Positions 38,657-48,968 of a stretch of DNA of 63,011 bases are shown here, one piece after another. Made by a program: the position numbers and the translations under genes. The notes below the pieces were generated by a model that was not told where the DNA came from, did no database searches, and saw nothing but the letters and a program-made list of their open reading frames with translations. Location of the stretch: positions 1-63,011 of the forward strand of contig CAJXFK010000004.1 in assembly GCA_913052575.1 (NCBI GenBank), given 5' to 3'. Every line of letters begins with the position of its first letter. The stretch's first letter is position 1. This DNA is from an uncultured Planctomycetaceae bacterium (GTDB lineage Bacteria; Planctomycetota; Planctomycetia; Pirellulales; UBA1268).

Positions 38657-39721
38657 ATGACAAGTCTTGTTCAGTTTTCTCGGTTTCTTGTCGGTCTAGG
38701 AATGGTAATAGCCGGGGGTTTTGTTGCAGCCCCGCTGATTACTTCAATATTCGGTGCGGCAATGAGTGAGCCAGTTCCCCCGCACAATGTGGATCGGACT
38801 TTTCAAGGAGGAACAACACCGTCCACAATTCATGCTTTTACGATTCCTTCATCAATTTCTGGAAAAACTGATAAATCTCGACATGCGCATGATCCGTCAG
38901 GTTCATCACAGAACCTGCCGAAGGAAACCGCAGTATCTTCTCAGGTACCAGCGGAGTTACTCAAGAGGATGCCAGAGAGAATGCCAGAGAGAATGCAAGA
39001 GCATTCCTTGGGCACTGCAACCCCAAATTTGTACGGGGCATACCGGACAACCGTTGAAATGCCACCACCACCCTTGTTGGATGGATCGAAGGATGTTGCG
39101 CAGCATCAGATGGATCAAACCTCAAAAAAAAGAAGAGGTCCACGTAGGCACACGCCGGAATCTATTCCTGAAACTTACCTGGTACAGGATGGAGACGACC
39201 TCACGGGAATTGCAACACGACTGTATGGACACCCTCGTGCGGCATCAGCGCTATGGCAGGTCAACGCTAACAGGTTGTCTAGTCCGGAAGTCCTACCAAT
39301 TGGCTTTGAGATGGTCGTGCCTCCTGCGTGGCGAGTCTTTGGTAAAAGTTCGGTGCACGGAAATGCCCATCGGATTGAACCGACTGAAGAGACCCGTATG
39401 GAAGAGCCTCGTGGGGCAACAATTCAGGCCACATCAATGCCAAAAGAAATCTTTGATCAACCATATCCAAGCACTCCAAACAAAGCCACAGGTAGCCCGT
39501 GGCTTGGGCGTGCACCAGAACTTCACTCAATTTATCCTGATAAAACAATCACCGCTCAGAGTCGCGGTATGATTCGTGTGGCCCCCGGTGAGACATTGGC
39601 GTCACTTGCTCAACGGGTGTACGGCAATGCGAACATGGCAGGCTCAATTTTTAATGCGAACCGTGATCGGTTGCGTAGTCCCGCTTTACTTGTCCCTGGC
39701 ACGGAGTTGCGACTCCCATAA
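38657..39721 (+). CDS. Membrane-anchored protein with two LysM-like domains
   Basis: N-terminal TM; YLVQDGDDLTGIA.RLYG and VAPGETLASLAQRVYG...IFNANR...PGTELRLP. Confidence 0.85.
   Translation: MTSLVQFSRFLVGLGMVIAGGFVAAPLITSIFGAAMSEPVPPHNVDRTFQGGTTPSTIHAFTIPSSISGKTDKSRHAHDPSGSSQNLPKETAVSSQVPAELLKRMPERMPERMQEHSLGTATPNLYGAYRTTVEMPPPPLLDGSKDVAQHQMDQTSKKRRGPRRHTPESIPETYLVQDGDDLTGIATRLYGHPRAASALWQVNANRLSSPEVLPIGFEMVVPPAWRVFGKSSVHGNAHRIEPTEETRMEEPRGATIQATSMPKEIFDQPYPSTPNKATGSPWLGRAPELHSIYPDKTITAQSRGMIRVAPGETLASLAQRVYGNANMAGSIFNANRDRLRSPALLVPGTELRLP
38964..39001 (+). repeat. 12-bp in-frame tandem repeat (3 copies) in the LysM protein linker
   Basis: AGAGGATGCCAG AGAGAATGCCAG AGAGAATGCAAG; encodes RMPE RMPE RMQE. 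Confidence 0.8.
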
Positions 39722-39801
39722 TTGTTAGACAATGAATATTCCTGTTTGGGAATCATATAGAAATATTTTTGCCCGGCTAATAAGTTCATCAGTGGATCGC
39801 G

Positions 39802-41142
39802 TCAGTTACTAACTGACAAGTTTTCAGAAATGAACTGTACACACATTTGGAGCGGAGTACGGTTTCCAGAGGGCAGCGATGCAAGTTTATCTGCTCGAAG
39901 TGGCGAATTGATCTCCTCGAAGACAAGCGAACCTGTTTTATTTTGGCTTGGCAGAGGTTTCCTTTTACTCTGCTGTTTTGTTCCGTCAGCAGATTCCTGA
40001 GACCAACTCATGGGACGAGCGCCTTTGAGTCGTTTGAAAAGCTGTCCAGATTGTCGGTCTTTTATTCCGGCGATAATCATGACTGGTAGGTCTTCCAGTA
40101 ACGGTTTGATGTCACGACCGTCACGTGTTCGAGCACCTAGAGCGTTTGTCATAGAGATACCTTGGTCAGCCCAAACAGGACTGATGAGAATGATAGCTTT
40201 GACTTGTTGGCCTTGTGGGCCTTGAGTATTTGGAAGCCAATTCCAGTCTGCTACAGCCCACGTTGCTGCTAATGTTCCACCGAGTCCAGATCCGATTATG
40301 CAAAGCCGATCAAGATCAATGTCGCCCTCGGACTCTTTTTGTTGAAGCCAGTTCCGGACAGTCTCGAGGTCACCCTTTATGGCAGCAAAATTACGAATTC
40401 TGCCGCCGCCACTGGCAGGAATCATACGTATCTGATTTACCGTAAGTTTTTTCTTTGAAACGTCGTGGCCTTCACTTTTACTGTTGCCGTGTCCTCGGAG
40501 GTCAGGAACTGCAACTGCACAGCCTGCTTCTTGTAAGCCAGCAGCGAGCCTTCGCACGCTTTTTTCAGAGCCGTTGAGGTCGTGGACAAGAATAACTGTC
40601 GCAATTGCTTTTCCTTTTGGTGGATAATACGCCATTTCCAAACGAACCCCATCAGATGTTTTAAGTTCTCTGACACGTTCGATGGATGGTGGCTTCATGG
40701 TTGATTTTTTGTCAACGGATGATCCGGTGGTTGGTTTTTTGTCGAAGGGTGATTTGGTCGTTGGTTTTTTATCGAAGGGTGATTTGTTAGTTGGCTTTTT
40801 ATTGGAGGGTGACTTGGTGGTTGGTTTTTTGTCGAAGGGTGAGAAGGGGGAGCCGGCAGCTGGTTTTTTATCGAATGGAGACTTGGGATCAGCCGATGTA
40901 TCAGTTCCCAAGGCTGTCGGTGTTGCCAAAAGGTTCACGATGAGACAGAGAGCCAGTACATGCTCTGTAACCGTTTGCCTCCCAGATGTCTTTGGTTCGT
41001 GGGGGTGGAATTTGAGGCCCAAAAGAGGTGTGTCCTTGTGGCCTTGTTTCGGTCTCTTATTCGGAAAATAACAATTAAATGCTGTACTTTTCTGAGCGTG
41101 GTCGGTCATCGGAAAGTATCCAAGAGAAATAACACTAATCAA
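39802..41142 (-). CDS. Exported alpha/beta-hydrolase-fold protein lacking the catalytic Ser (start uncertain)
   Basis: TSDGVRL..YYP, VILVHD, PDLRGHG.S, elbow GSGLGG, ILISP; signal-like segment followed by repeats. Confidence 0.8.
   Translation of the reverse strand: MISVISLGYFPMTDHAQKSTAFNCYFPNKRPKQGHKDTPLLGLKFHPHEPKTSGRQTVTEHVLALCLIVNLLATPTALGTDTSADPKSPFDKKPAAGSPFSPFDKKPTTKSPSNKKPTNKSPFDKKPTTKSPFDKKPTTGSSVDKKSTMKPPSIERVRELKTSDGVRLEMAYYPPKGKAIATVILVHDLNGSEKSVRRLAAGLQEAGCAVAVPDLRGHGNSKSEGHDVSKKKLTVNQIRMIPASGGGRIRNFAAIKGDLETVRNWLQQKESEGDIDLDRLCIIGSGLGGTLAATWAVADWNWLPNTQGPQGQQVKAIILISPVWADQGISMTNALGARTRDGRDIKPLLEDLPVMIIAGIKDRQSGQLFKRLKGARPMSWSQESADGTKQQSKRKPLPSQNKTGSLVFEEINSPLRADKLASLPSGNRTPLQMCVQFISENLSVSN
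40701..40886 (-). repeat. 30-bp in-frame tandem repeat (about 6 degenerate copies), SPFDKKPTTK unit
   Basis: Plus-strand unit TTGGTTTTTTGTCGAAGGGTGATTTGGTCG-like at 40701, 40731, 40761, 40791, 40821 and about 40860. Confidence 0.9.
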
Positions 41143-41200
41143 AGGTTATAATTTATCAAAATATGCCTGAGTTGGTGACTTTTCTCGTACGAAGTGATTT

Positions 41201-43249
41201 GTGATGAATCCCAGTGATTTTTTATCATCGGAAAACGACTGTTCGACACCGCAGTCTTCGTCTTCTTCAACGCCGTCACGAAACGATGTTCTGCCACCAC
41301 CGGTTCCAGGCGTGGTGAAAGAAAATCTGCTGAGAAAGAAAAAAGGGCAGTACAGCTGGTTGATAAGCCTTGCTCTACACGGAGGGGTGCTGCTTTGTCT
41401 AGCTGGTATCACTATCGACCCTCAGCTTGTTCATGCTCCGGCAATTCAGATTGAACAACCAATCCTAGAGCCAGAACCAGAGTTTGTATTTGAGCCAAAA
41501 GAGTTAGAGATTTCTGATGAAGACTTAAAGGAACTAGGTGCATTAAGTGAACGAGGTGTTACGGTTGCTGAAGCAATTTCATCAACGAAGGCTGACGTTT
41601 CTTTGGTTCCACCGGTGCCGAGTAACCTGTTGAGTGATGCTTTGCGTATCGAGCCCGTCAGCTTTGAATCTATGGGACCAAACGAAGTTGATCAACTTAT
41701 TGAAAACATTGTCGGTGTGAATGTTGGTGTGGCTGCGACGGGAGCAGCTGGCGCAGTCGATCGTTTGAGTCTCGAGATAGCCCGTTCTCTTGAGGATGCC
41801 CCAACGACTGTGTGCTGGGTCTTTGATCAATCTGTGAGTCTTGCAGGCCAGCGTCAGGATATAGCAAGTCGGTTGAAACGAGTTTTTCGTGAGCTGAGTC
41901 CTAGTGATCAAGGAGATGCACCGGTTGGTTTGACAAACCTTGTCTTGGCATATGGCCAACGATTTCAATTCATTGTGAATAATCCAACACGTGTCTCTAG
42001 TGAAGTTGTTGAAGCAATTCAAGGAATCGAAATCGATAATAGCGGTATCGAAAAAACATTTACCGCGATTCGTGCTGCAGCGGAGCGTCTACATGCTACT
42101 CGACGAGTTGGTCGTTCAAGTGGGATGGTTGTAGTTTTTACGGATGAAGTCGGCGATGACCAAGTTCTTGCAGATCAAGTTGCAATTATTTGTCGGCGGT
42201 TAGGTGTTGCCGTATATGTTGTTGGTGTGCCTGCGCCTTTTGGACAACGATTTATTGAAATGAAATACGTTGAGTTTGATCCATCATATGCTTCGGTCGA
42301 GGATTGGGCCGTTGTAGAGCAAGGGCCAGAAACGTTGTTTCCTGAGTCGATACAAGTCGGCGAGGATGCTTTTTCAGACGAGGCAATTGATTCAGGTTTT
42401 GGTCCATTTAGCTTGTCAAAAATTTGTTATCAGACTGGTGGTGTGTATATTGCCGTTCACGCAAATCGTAACGTGCGAGGTCGTGTGAATGACCGCGCGA
42501 CCTCGCCAATGTCATCACGGATTCGATATTTTTTTGACCCAGAGTCACTTCGGGATTATCAGCCCGATTACCTATCATCAGCAAAATTAAAACAGAGCAT
42601 ATCGTCTAATGCAGCAAAGCAATCGCTTGTTATGGCAGCAGCAGCGACAAATTTAAAGCCAATGACTTCTCCGGAAACAATTTTCCCTAAAAAAAGTGAA
42701 GGCGAGTTGGCCAACCTGCTTTCTTTAGCACAAAGAAGTGCCGCCGTTTTACAGCCAAGAATTGATCTTATTCATGGTCAACTTTTAAGAGGGTTGCCAG
42801 ATAGAGATAGGATTCAGGAAGAACGGTGGAAAGCAGGATATGACTTGGCGATGGGTCGAATCTTGGCGATGAAAGTTCGGACAGACGCATACAATTTAAT
42901 GCTCGCAAGAGCCAAGGCAGGCATGCAATTTAAGAGTCCAAGAAGTGACACATGGACACTACGACCGAGTAATGTAGTAAATGTAGGTTCGCGAACGGAA
43001 AAGTTAGCACAGCAAGCACGAATATATCTGCAACGTGTAATTGAAGATCACCCGGGAACGCCGTGGGAATTTCTTGCTGATCGTGAGTTGAACCAGCCAT
43101 TGGGATACGAATGGAAGGAGATCCATACAGGTATCAACGATCCGCCAAAACCACGGCCCCCAGGTAACAACAACAGGCCCAGCCCTCGTGACGATAAGCC
43201 TAGGTCTCTTGGGCCACCAATGCCAAAACGGAACCTCAAGAGAATCTAA
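41201..43249 (+). CDS. Membrane-anchored von Willebrand factor A domain protein
   Basis: TM SLALHGGVLL, acidic linker, MIDAS DQSVS, FTDE.G; Pro-rich C-terminus. Confidence 0.85.
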   Translation: MMNPSDFLSSENDCSTPQSSSSSTPSRNDVLPPPVPGVVKENLLRKKKGQYSWLISLALHGGVLLCLAGITIDPQLVHAPAIQIEQPILEPEPEFVFEPKELEISDEDLKELGALSERGVTVAEAISSTKADVSLVPPVPSNLLSDALRIEPVSFESMGPNEVDQLIENIVGVNVGVAATGAAGAVDRLSLEIARSLEDAPTTVCWVFDQSVSLAGQRQDIASRLKRVFRELSPSDQGDAPVGLTNLVLAYGQRFQFIVNNPTRVSSEVVEAIQGIEIDNSGIEKTFTAIRAAAERLHATRRVGRSSGMVVVFTDEVGDDQVLADQVAIICRRLGVAVYVVGVPAPFGQRFIEMKYVEFDPSYASVEDWAVVEQGPETLFPESIQVGEDAFSDEAIDSGFGPFSLSKICYQTGGVYIAVHANRNVRGRVNDRATSPMSSRIRYFFDPESLRDYQPDYLSSAKLKQSISSNAAKQSLVMAAAATNLKPMTSPETIFPKKSEGELANLLSLAQRSAAVLQPRIDLIHGQLLRGLPDRDRIQEERWKAGYDLAMGRILAMKVRTDAYNLMLARAKAGMQFKSPRSDTWTLRPSNVVNVGSRTEKLAQQARIYLQRVIEDHPGTPWEFLADRELNQPLGYEWKEIHTGINDPPKPRPPGNNNRPSPRDDKPRSLGPPMPKRNLKRI

Positions 43250-43430
43250 CTTGAAGAGGATTCAATCAGATCACGTTTTGACGCTAAGAACAGATTGCTT
43301 GGTAAGTCATCGTTGGCGTACAAGATGTTACGCTGCTAGCCTGTGACAATAAATATTGTTAAAAAGCGGCCTGTGGAAATGTTTATGAAAGAGGTGGGCC
43401 AATGCTTTGGTAGGGCGTTTCCAGTCCTGC

Positions 43431-44087
43431 TTAATAAATCAGGTTTTCCTCAGCGAAATGAGCCCGGCTTTCATAGGCATGAAAGCATCGTGAGAGACGG
43501 CTTGACAAAATTCGCAGAAAGAGGCCGCGGAACTGCTGCTCGGATTGATCCGCTGTTGGGATTGCACTGTCTGCCGGGAACGTAAAATCCTCCATTCTTT
43601 TGTCGAATACGATAAGGTCGTCATTGACATCATGGACCTGCATGTGGGCTGTTGTTCTCCCACGATATAGCGTCGATCCTTCATGTAGGGAGAAGTGGTC
43701 AAGGTCGATCCCAACAACAAGGTCAGCATCAACAGCCTTTCCGAGCGTTGCGTAGTCGACCCAAGCATTTTCATCAAGCCATCTGGACACTTCCTGCTGG
43801 CTTATGATTTTCACACCACGAACATTTTCACGAATGTTGGCACCAATTCGTTCCGCGAGTTCACGAGCGGTCCCAGCGTCTGTAAATTCAAGTTCCACTA
43901 TTGGCTTGCAGACAACAACTACATGTTTCCCACGAAGCTCATTGTATTCTGCGGGTACATCTTCTGGATGGAATAGGTAGGCAACCGTTAGCACTGTGGA
44001 ACAACCGCTTGTGAACAAAATGAGTCCACAGCTGAAAACGAAAATCCAGACAACCTGATTGATCGTACGTCCGGATAGTAATTTCAT
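43431..44087 (-). CDS. Putative lipoprotein of unknown function
   Basis: Signal peptide ending LFTSG-C lipobox; globular 218 aa product. Confidence 0.75.
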   Translation of the reverse strand: MKLLSGRTINQVVWIFVFSCGLILFTSGCSTVLTVAYLFHPEDVPAEYNELRGKHVVVVCKPIVELEFTDAGTARELAERIGANIRENVRGVKIISQQEVSRWLDENAWVDYATLGKAVDADLVVGIDLDHFSLHEGSTLYRGRTTAHMQVHDVNDDLIVFDKRMEDFTFPADSAIPTADQSEQQFRGLFLRILSSRLSRCFHAYESRAHFAEENLIY

Positions 44088-44325
44088 TTCATTTCCTCGG
44101 TGAGAGATCTCAATATCGCAGTAATGAGAAGAGGCTAACGAGAAAACTTATCCAATCTCAACGCCAGTTCGTTCATGAACATGTTAATTCACTGTTCTGA
44201 AGTGGTACCCAGCATCAAATTTTGTTTAGCGTGGTAGGATGGAGAAAAGAGGCTGTTTTGCGTAGTTGTTATGTCAGGGAGCCATAGTGACTGCGTTTCG
44301 AGTTGACTACCATAGGTGCTGGGGA

Positions 44326-45357
44326 ATGAGTAACCAAAAGAGCCGTTCAGAATTTTCCAGGAATGTTTCTCATGGGCTGCCATCAAGTTGGGATTGGCGA
44401 CAACCGGTAATTGTTGGCGTTTCTGGAGGGGCGGATAGTATGGCTCTCTTGCATAGTTTGGCGGAGCTTTCGAGAGGAGAGAAAAGCCCGGCATTAGTCG
44501 TAGCGCATGTTGAGTACGATCTTCGTTCAGAGGCAAGTCGTGATAGAGAATTTGTCGTTGAGCAGGCTAAGCGACTTGGCTTTCCTTGTCACTGGAAAAA
44601 AGTTTGTATGCAAAGTGTCCCGAGGATACAGCAAGGTGATGGCACTGAGGCCTTAGCACGACATCTTCGGTATGATTTTTTTACACAATTAGCGTTCGAC
44701 ATTGGCGCACGTCATGTCGCACTAGGACACACCCGCGATGATCAAGCAGAGACAATTTTACATCGTTTGCTGCGAGGAACGGGACTCGGAGGTGTAATGG
44801 GCATGCCTGCTTCTCGAGAACTTAGTGAAGGGGTGAGTCTCGTTCGCCCTATGTTACAGGTCAGGAGGCAGCACGCTCGTGATTTCCTTCAGGCGATCGG
44901 ACAAAATTGGCGGGAGGATGAGTCTAATAATCAGGTGCATTTTTCCAGGAACTTTCTTCGCCACCGAGTGCTTGCAGAAGTCGAAAGTGGTCCTTATCCT
45001 GCCGCCATTGAGGCTTTGGTTAGATTTGGGGAGCAGGCAAGTGCAGAAATGTCATCTCGTTTACAAAAAATAGAGGCAGTGATTGAAAAAAGTGTTGAGC
45101 AAAAAATTGATGGAAGAATATTGATTCACCAGAGAGGAATCGGTGATGACCGTACGATTGTGCCTGCAACACTGATTGAAATCTGGAAAAGACAAGGTTG
45201 GCCACGTCAGGAACTTTCCAGCAAACATCTCAATCAACTGACCGAAATGATTTTTAATGGATTTTTCGAAGATGCATCTGTTCCGAAGGCAGTTGACTTA
45301 CCGGGCGGAATTCATGCCCGTCTCTTAGCTGGTGGTGTTTCACTTCAGCAGAAATGA
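44326..45357 (+). CDS. tilS: tRNA(Ile)-lysidine synthetase
   Basis: GVSGGADS PP-loop, AR.LRY, GHTRDDQAET, RPML, EDESN, RN.LR. Confidence 0.94.
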   Translation: MSNQKSRSEFSRNVSHGLPSSWDWRQPVIVGVSGGADSMALLHSLAELSRGEKSPALVVAHVEYDLRSEASRDREFVVEQAKRLGFPCHWKKVCMQSVPRIQQGDGTEALARHLRYDFFTQLAFDIGARHVALGHTRDDQAETILHRLLRGTGLGGVMGMPASRELSEGVSLVRPMLQVRRQHARDFLQAIGQNWREDESNNQVHFSRNFLRHRVLAEVESGPYPAAIEALVRFGEQASAEMSSRLQKIEAVIEKSVEQKIDGRILIHQRGIGDDRTIVPATLIEIWKRQGWPRQELSSKHLNQLTEMIFNGFFEDASVPKAVDLPGGIHARLLAGGVSLQQK

Positions 45358-45619
45358 CAGGCCTTTCCCGTGTTTTTTGGTTGATTTTCCAATTAAAGGG
45401 ATCCTTCAACCGTGAAAAAGCCGTCTTGGATCTGCTTTTGTGATCTTTTTGTTAACGCTGCTACGACTCCGTGGGATGCGGGGGTTAGTTAGTCGTTATG
45501 GTTTGCGAAGAGTGGGGTGTTCTTTGACCACATTGGGGCCTTGACCGCTAGCAGGAGTCATTTCTATCGTCTCCCGTCCGTACCTTTCCATCGGCAGACT
45601 TTTAATCTTAAGGTTCCGT

Positions 45620-48600
45620 GTGAACAGTCTCTCAGGCCTGCTCTGGTCGCTCGTCCGCTGGGCTATCCCGATTACATTTGCTGGAGTTGTAGCAGCGATA
45701 GCTGTTGGAACGAGCCGCATTAATGAAGAGATCTGTGCGCATGTTGAGGACGTTCTAGCTAAGCGTTTTCCGCATCTAGAGGTCGATGTGCAGCAAGCAC
45801 ATATTGATCCCGGCAAAGAAATAGTAATTCGTGGATTGTCACTTATCGATAAGAACATGCCTGACAATTGGCAACAAATTCTACGAGTTGATGAAGTTCA
45901 TCTCGCATGTGATGCCACCTTGGCTACTCTTGCACTGGGACAGCCAAAAATTGATTCTGTTCGAGTCGTTCGACCAACAGTCCATGCCGTCCATTTTAAA
46001 GACGGTAGTTGGAACGTCGAAAAACTAATTGGGGATTCAGCGTCAAATATCGCGATTCCCGTTTCTGTCGAAGCAGCCACAATACTATATGAAGATGCAG
46101 AGACCTCTTTTCAAGAAACGTTTCAGCAAGGTCGACTGGAGTTAGGACCAGCCGTTGATAACCAGGGAACGACATGGTCAACAATACGCCTTGCTCTTAC
46201 TGGTCAGACGGTCGAGCAACTAACAGTTACCGGGGCTGTTTCTCTCTCTACTAAACAGTTTGAGTTAGAGGCATCGCTTCGAGAACTTGATTTTCAGCCA
46301 CAACTAGTTGCTCTGCTTCCTGAGCGACTCGTGAAAGACAGGTGGTGGAGAGAATCCGTCGATAGTCTGAGTATGCAACTTTCTTTCTCATTGTCTGCCA
46401 GTGGTTCGATGGACAATCTTGCGAATGCAATGTTTGAGGTTGATGGCAATGTGCGTGGTGGGCGTTTTGAGCATAAGCAGTTGCCATTTCCATTGGCTGA
46501 TATTTCTGCAAGTTTTACGGCGAATCAAACAGGATTTGAAGTTAAGTCCGTGGTTGCTCGGTCAGGCGGGTCGCAGTTCCACGGCTCTATACGAGTCGAA
46601 GGATGGTCAGAGCAGTCTGATTATGAGTGTCTTGTCGAAGCAGAACAGCTCGTAGTGGGCAGGCAATGGCAACCATTTCTACCACCTGATTTACAAAGCC
46701 ATTGGCAAAAACTATTGCCTGAAGGAGAGGTGGATTTTCGTGCTGAAGTAATGCGAAAAAAAGGTAATACGATACCAAAAGTATCGCTGCGTTGTCGTAA
46801 CGTTTCATTAACTCATTATCGTTTTCCCTACCGTCTTGATAGGACCGTCGGTACTGTGATATTGAATAATAAGCAACTCACAATGCATTTGACAGGACAG
46901 GCTGGTGGAAATCCTGTTCAGGTAAATGGACAAATGCAACTAACCGATGCTGGTTCGATTGGGCATATTGAAGTTCGTGGTCGAGAAATGCCGATCGACG
47001 AACGGTTATTGACTGCAATGCCAGCTCGAGGAGCAGAAATACTCGAACGCCTCCATGCAAGCGGAACGTTCGATTTTATTTTTCGCCAGGATCGTTCACC
47101 TGACTTCCCGAAGGGCCACTTTAACTCACTCGACATCAGGCTTCTCGATTGCACCCTTAAAGATGTTAGATTTCCTTACCCGTTAACCGGCGTGCAGGGG
47201 TCAGTCGTCATGAGTGGAGACAATTGGACTCTCACTGGACTGACAGGTCGAAATGATACCGGCATTGTCAAATGTTCCGGTCACCTTGATCGGCGTTCTG
47301 GAGATCGAGGCGTGCTCACTCTTGAATTAGATGGGAGCGAAGTCGTTCTCGATCAAGAATTGCGAGACGCTCTTCCTGTCGGCATCCGAGGGTTCTGGGA
47401 TGACCTCGCGCCACGAGGTAAGGCAGACTTTGTTGCAACTGTAAAACATGTCGTTGGACAGCATAAGACAGAGGTTATTCTGGATGCAACTCCCCATTCG
47501 AGCACAGTATCAATTGAACCAGCCTGGTTTCCGTATCGTTTGGAGCAACTGCAAGGAAAACTTACCTGGAACAATGGTCTGCTTCAGTTAGTTGGCTGGC
47601 GGGGTGTTCATGCGAGAACAACGGTCTCTACGGAAGGCAACTGCCGGTTTCTCCCTGATGGAAGTTGGCATGTTTCGCTTTCTCATTTGTCGGCGGATCG
47701 GTTTAGAGCCGACCATGAGCTGTTGCGTGCTTTGCCGGATGGCTTGCAGAAAGCATTGTCTACAATAGGCCCCAATGGACTCCTGTCGATCGATGGTAGC
47801 CTTGATATTTATTCGACAAATGTCGAACAGGAAGAACCCCGCAAGCGTCGGTGTGCGGCGTCTTGGAATTGCCATCTTGATGTGGAGCAAGGATGTTTTG
47901 GTGTAGGAGTGGCACTCAATAATGTGCACGGTGGTCTGAATCTTCGTGGGAGTACAGATGGACAAAGATGGTCTGCAAATGGAGAAGTAGATCTTGATAG
48001 TGCAATTTGGCAAGGGGTTCAGTTGACTCAGATAAGAGGACCTATCCTCATGGATCAGTCCGGAGTGCGGTTCGGCGCGATGACAGTATCAGATGGCATG
48101 ACCCCGCGGCGACTTTCTGCAAAGGTCGCCGGTGGAAAATTAGAGGTAGATGGTATGTCGTCTTCGTCAGGGCTTGGGGGGTTTACGGTCGCAGCATCTC
48201 TGGTCGATGCAGACCTTGAGCGAATTGCTTGTGATACTCGAGGAACACCTCATCGGTTTAAAGGAAGAGTCTTCGGGTCAGTTGAGATAAGCGGCACTCG
48301 GGCTGGGACTCATTCGTTACGTGGTCATGGTCAGTTGCGGCTACGTGATGCAGATGTCTACGAACTCCCTCTCGTTGTTGCCATGCTAAAAATGCTACGA
48401 GTAAAAGCTCCTGATCGAAGTGCTTTTGGCTCAAGCTTCACTCAGTTTCGTATTGCCGGCCCCCACGCTTATCTTGATGAAATCGAGTTAGCGGGTGATG
48501 CAATTAGTCTCGTTGGAAACGGGGAGGTCGGCTTTGATGGTGATGTTCAGATGACATTTCGATCAATCATGGGAGATGCAGAAGAGCAACTTCCGGCGAT

Positions 48601-48808
48601 GAAGCGCATGCTCGGTGGGGCCAGCGGTCAATTCCTTCTTTTGCACGTTGACGGCACTCTTGATTCACCCGAGTTGTCAACAGAGGCATTTCCGACACTT
48701 GCCGCTGCTATACAAAAGCTACAATCACAGCGATTGGAAAAGTCTAAATTTCGTCGAACAGCGAGTCGACCATTACAGCCTGAGGCAAAAACTCAGGGCG
48801 GATTATAA
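45620..48808 (+). CDS. AsmA-like large beta-rich envelope protein
   Basis: N-terminal anchor; 1062 aa of repeated beta-strand units (FPY.L..V.G); AsmA-type C-terminus (ISLVGNG, V.GTLDSP). Confidence 0.75.
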   Translation: MNSLSGLLWSLVRWAIPITFAGVVAAIAVGTSRINEEICAHVEDVLAKRFPHLEVDVQQAHIDPGKEIVIRGLSLIDKNMPDNWQQILRVDEVHLACDATLATLALGQPKIDSVRVVRPTVHAVHFKDGSWNVEKLIGDSASNIAIPVSVEAATILYEDAETSFQETFQQGRLELGPAVDNQGTTWSTIRLALTGQTVEQLTVTGAVSLSTKQFELEASLRELDFQPQLVALLPERLVKDRWWRESVDSLSMQLSFSLSASGSMDNLANAMFEVDGNVRGGRFEHKQLPFPLADISASFTANQTGFEVKSVVARSGGSQFHGSIRVEGWSEQSDYECLVEAEQLVVGRQWQPFLPPDLQSHWQKLLPEGEVDFRAEVMRKKGNTIPKVSLRCRNVSLTHYRFPYRLDRTVGTVILNNKQLTMHLTGQAGGNPVQVNGQMQLTDAGSIGHIEVRGREMPIDERLLTAMPARGAEILERLHASGTFDFIFRQDRSPDFPKGHFNSLDIRLLDCTLKDVRFPYPLTGVQGSVVMSGDNWTLTGLTGRNDTGIVKCSGHLDRRSGDRGVLTLELDGSEVVLDQELRDALPVGIRGFWDDLAPRGKADFVATVKHVVGQHKTEVILDATPHSSTVSIEPAWFPYRLEQLQGKLTWNNGLLQLVGWRGVHARTTVSTEGNCRFLPDGSWHVSLSHLSADRFRADHELLRALPDGLQKALSTIGPNGLLSIDGSLDIYSTNVEQEEPRKRRCAASWNCHLDVEQGCFGVGVALNNVHGGLNLRGSTDGQRWSANGEVDLDSAIWQGVQLTQIRGPILMDQSGVRFGAMTVSDGMTPRRLSAKVAGGKLEVDGMSSSSGLGGFTVAASLVDADLERIACDTRGTPHRFKGRVFGSVEISGTRAGTHSLRGHGQLRLRDADVYELPLVVAMLKMLRVKAPDRSAFGSSFTQFRIAGPHAYLDEIELAGDAISLVGNGEVGFDGDVQMTFRSIMGDAEEQLPAMKRMLGGASGQFLLLHVDGTLDSPELSTEAFPTLAAAIQKLQSQRLEKSKFRRTASRPLQPEAKTQGGL

Positions 48809-48968
48809 CCACGGCCATAAATGTGAATGTATGCCCTATATAAGGACGCATGGTAGAGCGTGATATTCTTGTGAAGCCTTGATGATTAGCTGCCGGCTGA
48901 AGGATAAGATGATAGTGGTTAGGTGTCAGTTTGTGTCAAAATGCATTTATAGAAGAAGTGAGGCAAAG

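Noticed and set aside
45429-45454. Two tandem GATCT-led 13-mers (GATCTGCTTTTGT GATCTTTTTGTTA) resembling the E. coli oriC unwinding element
   Set aside because: No DnaA boxes nearby, and the motif is typical of gammaproteobacterial origins; likely chance
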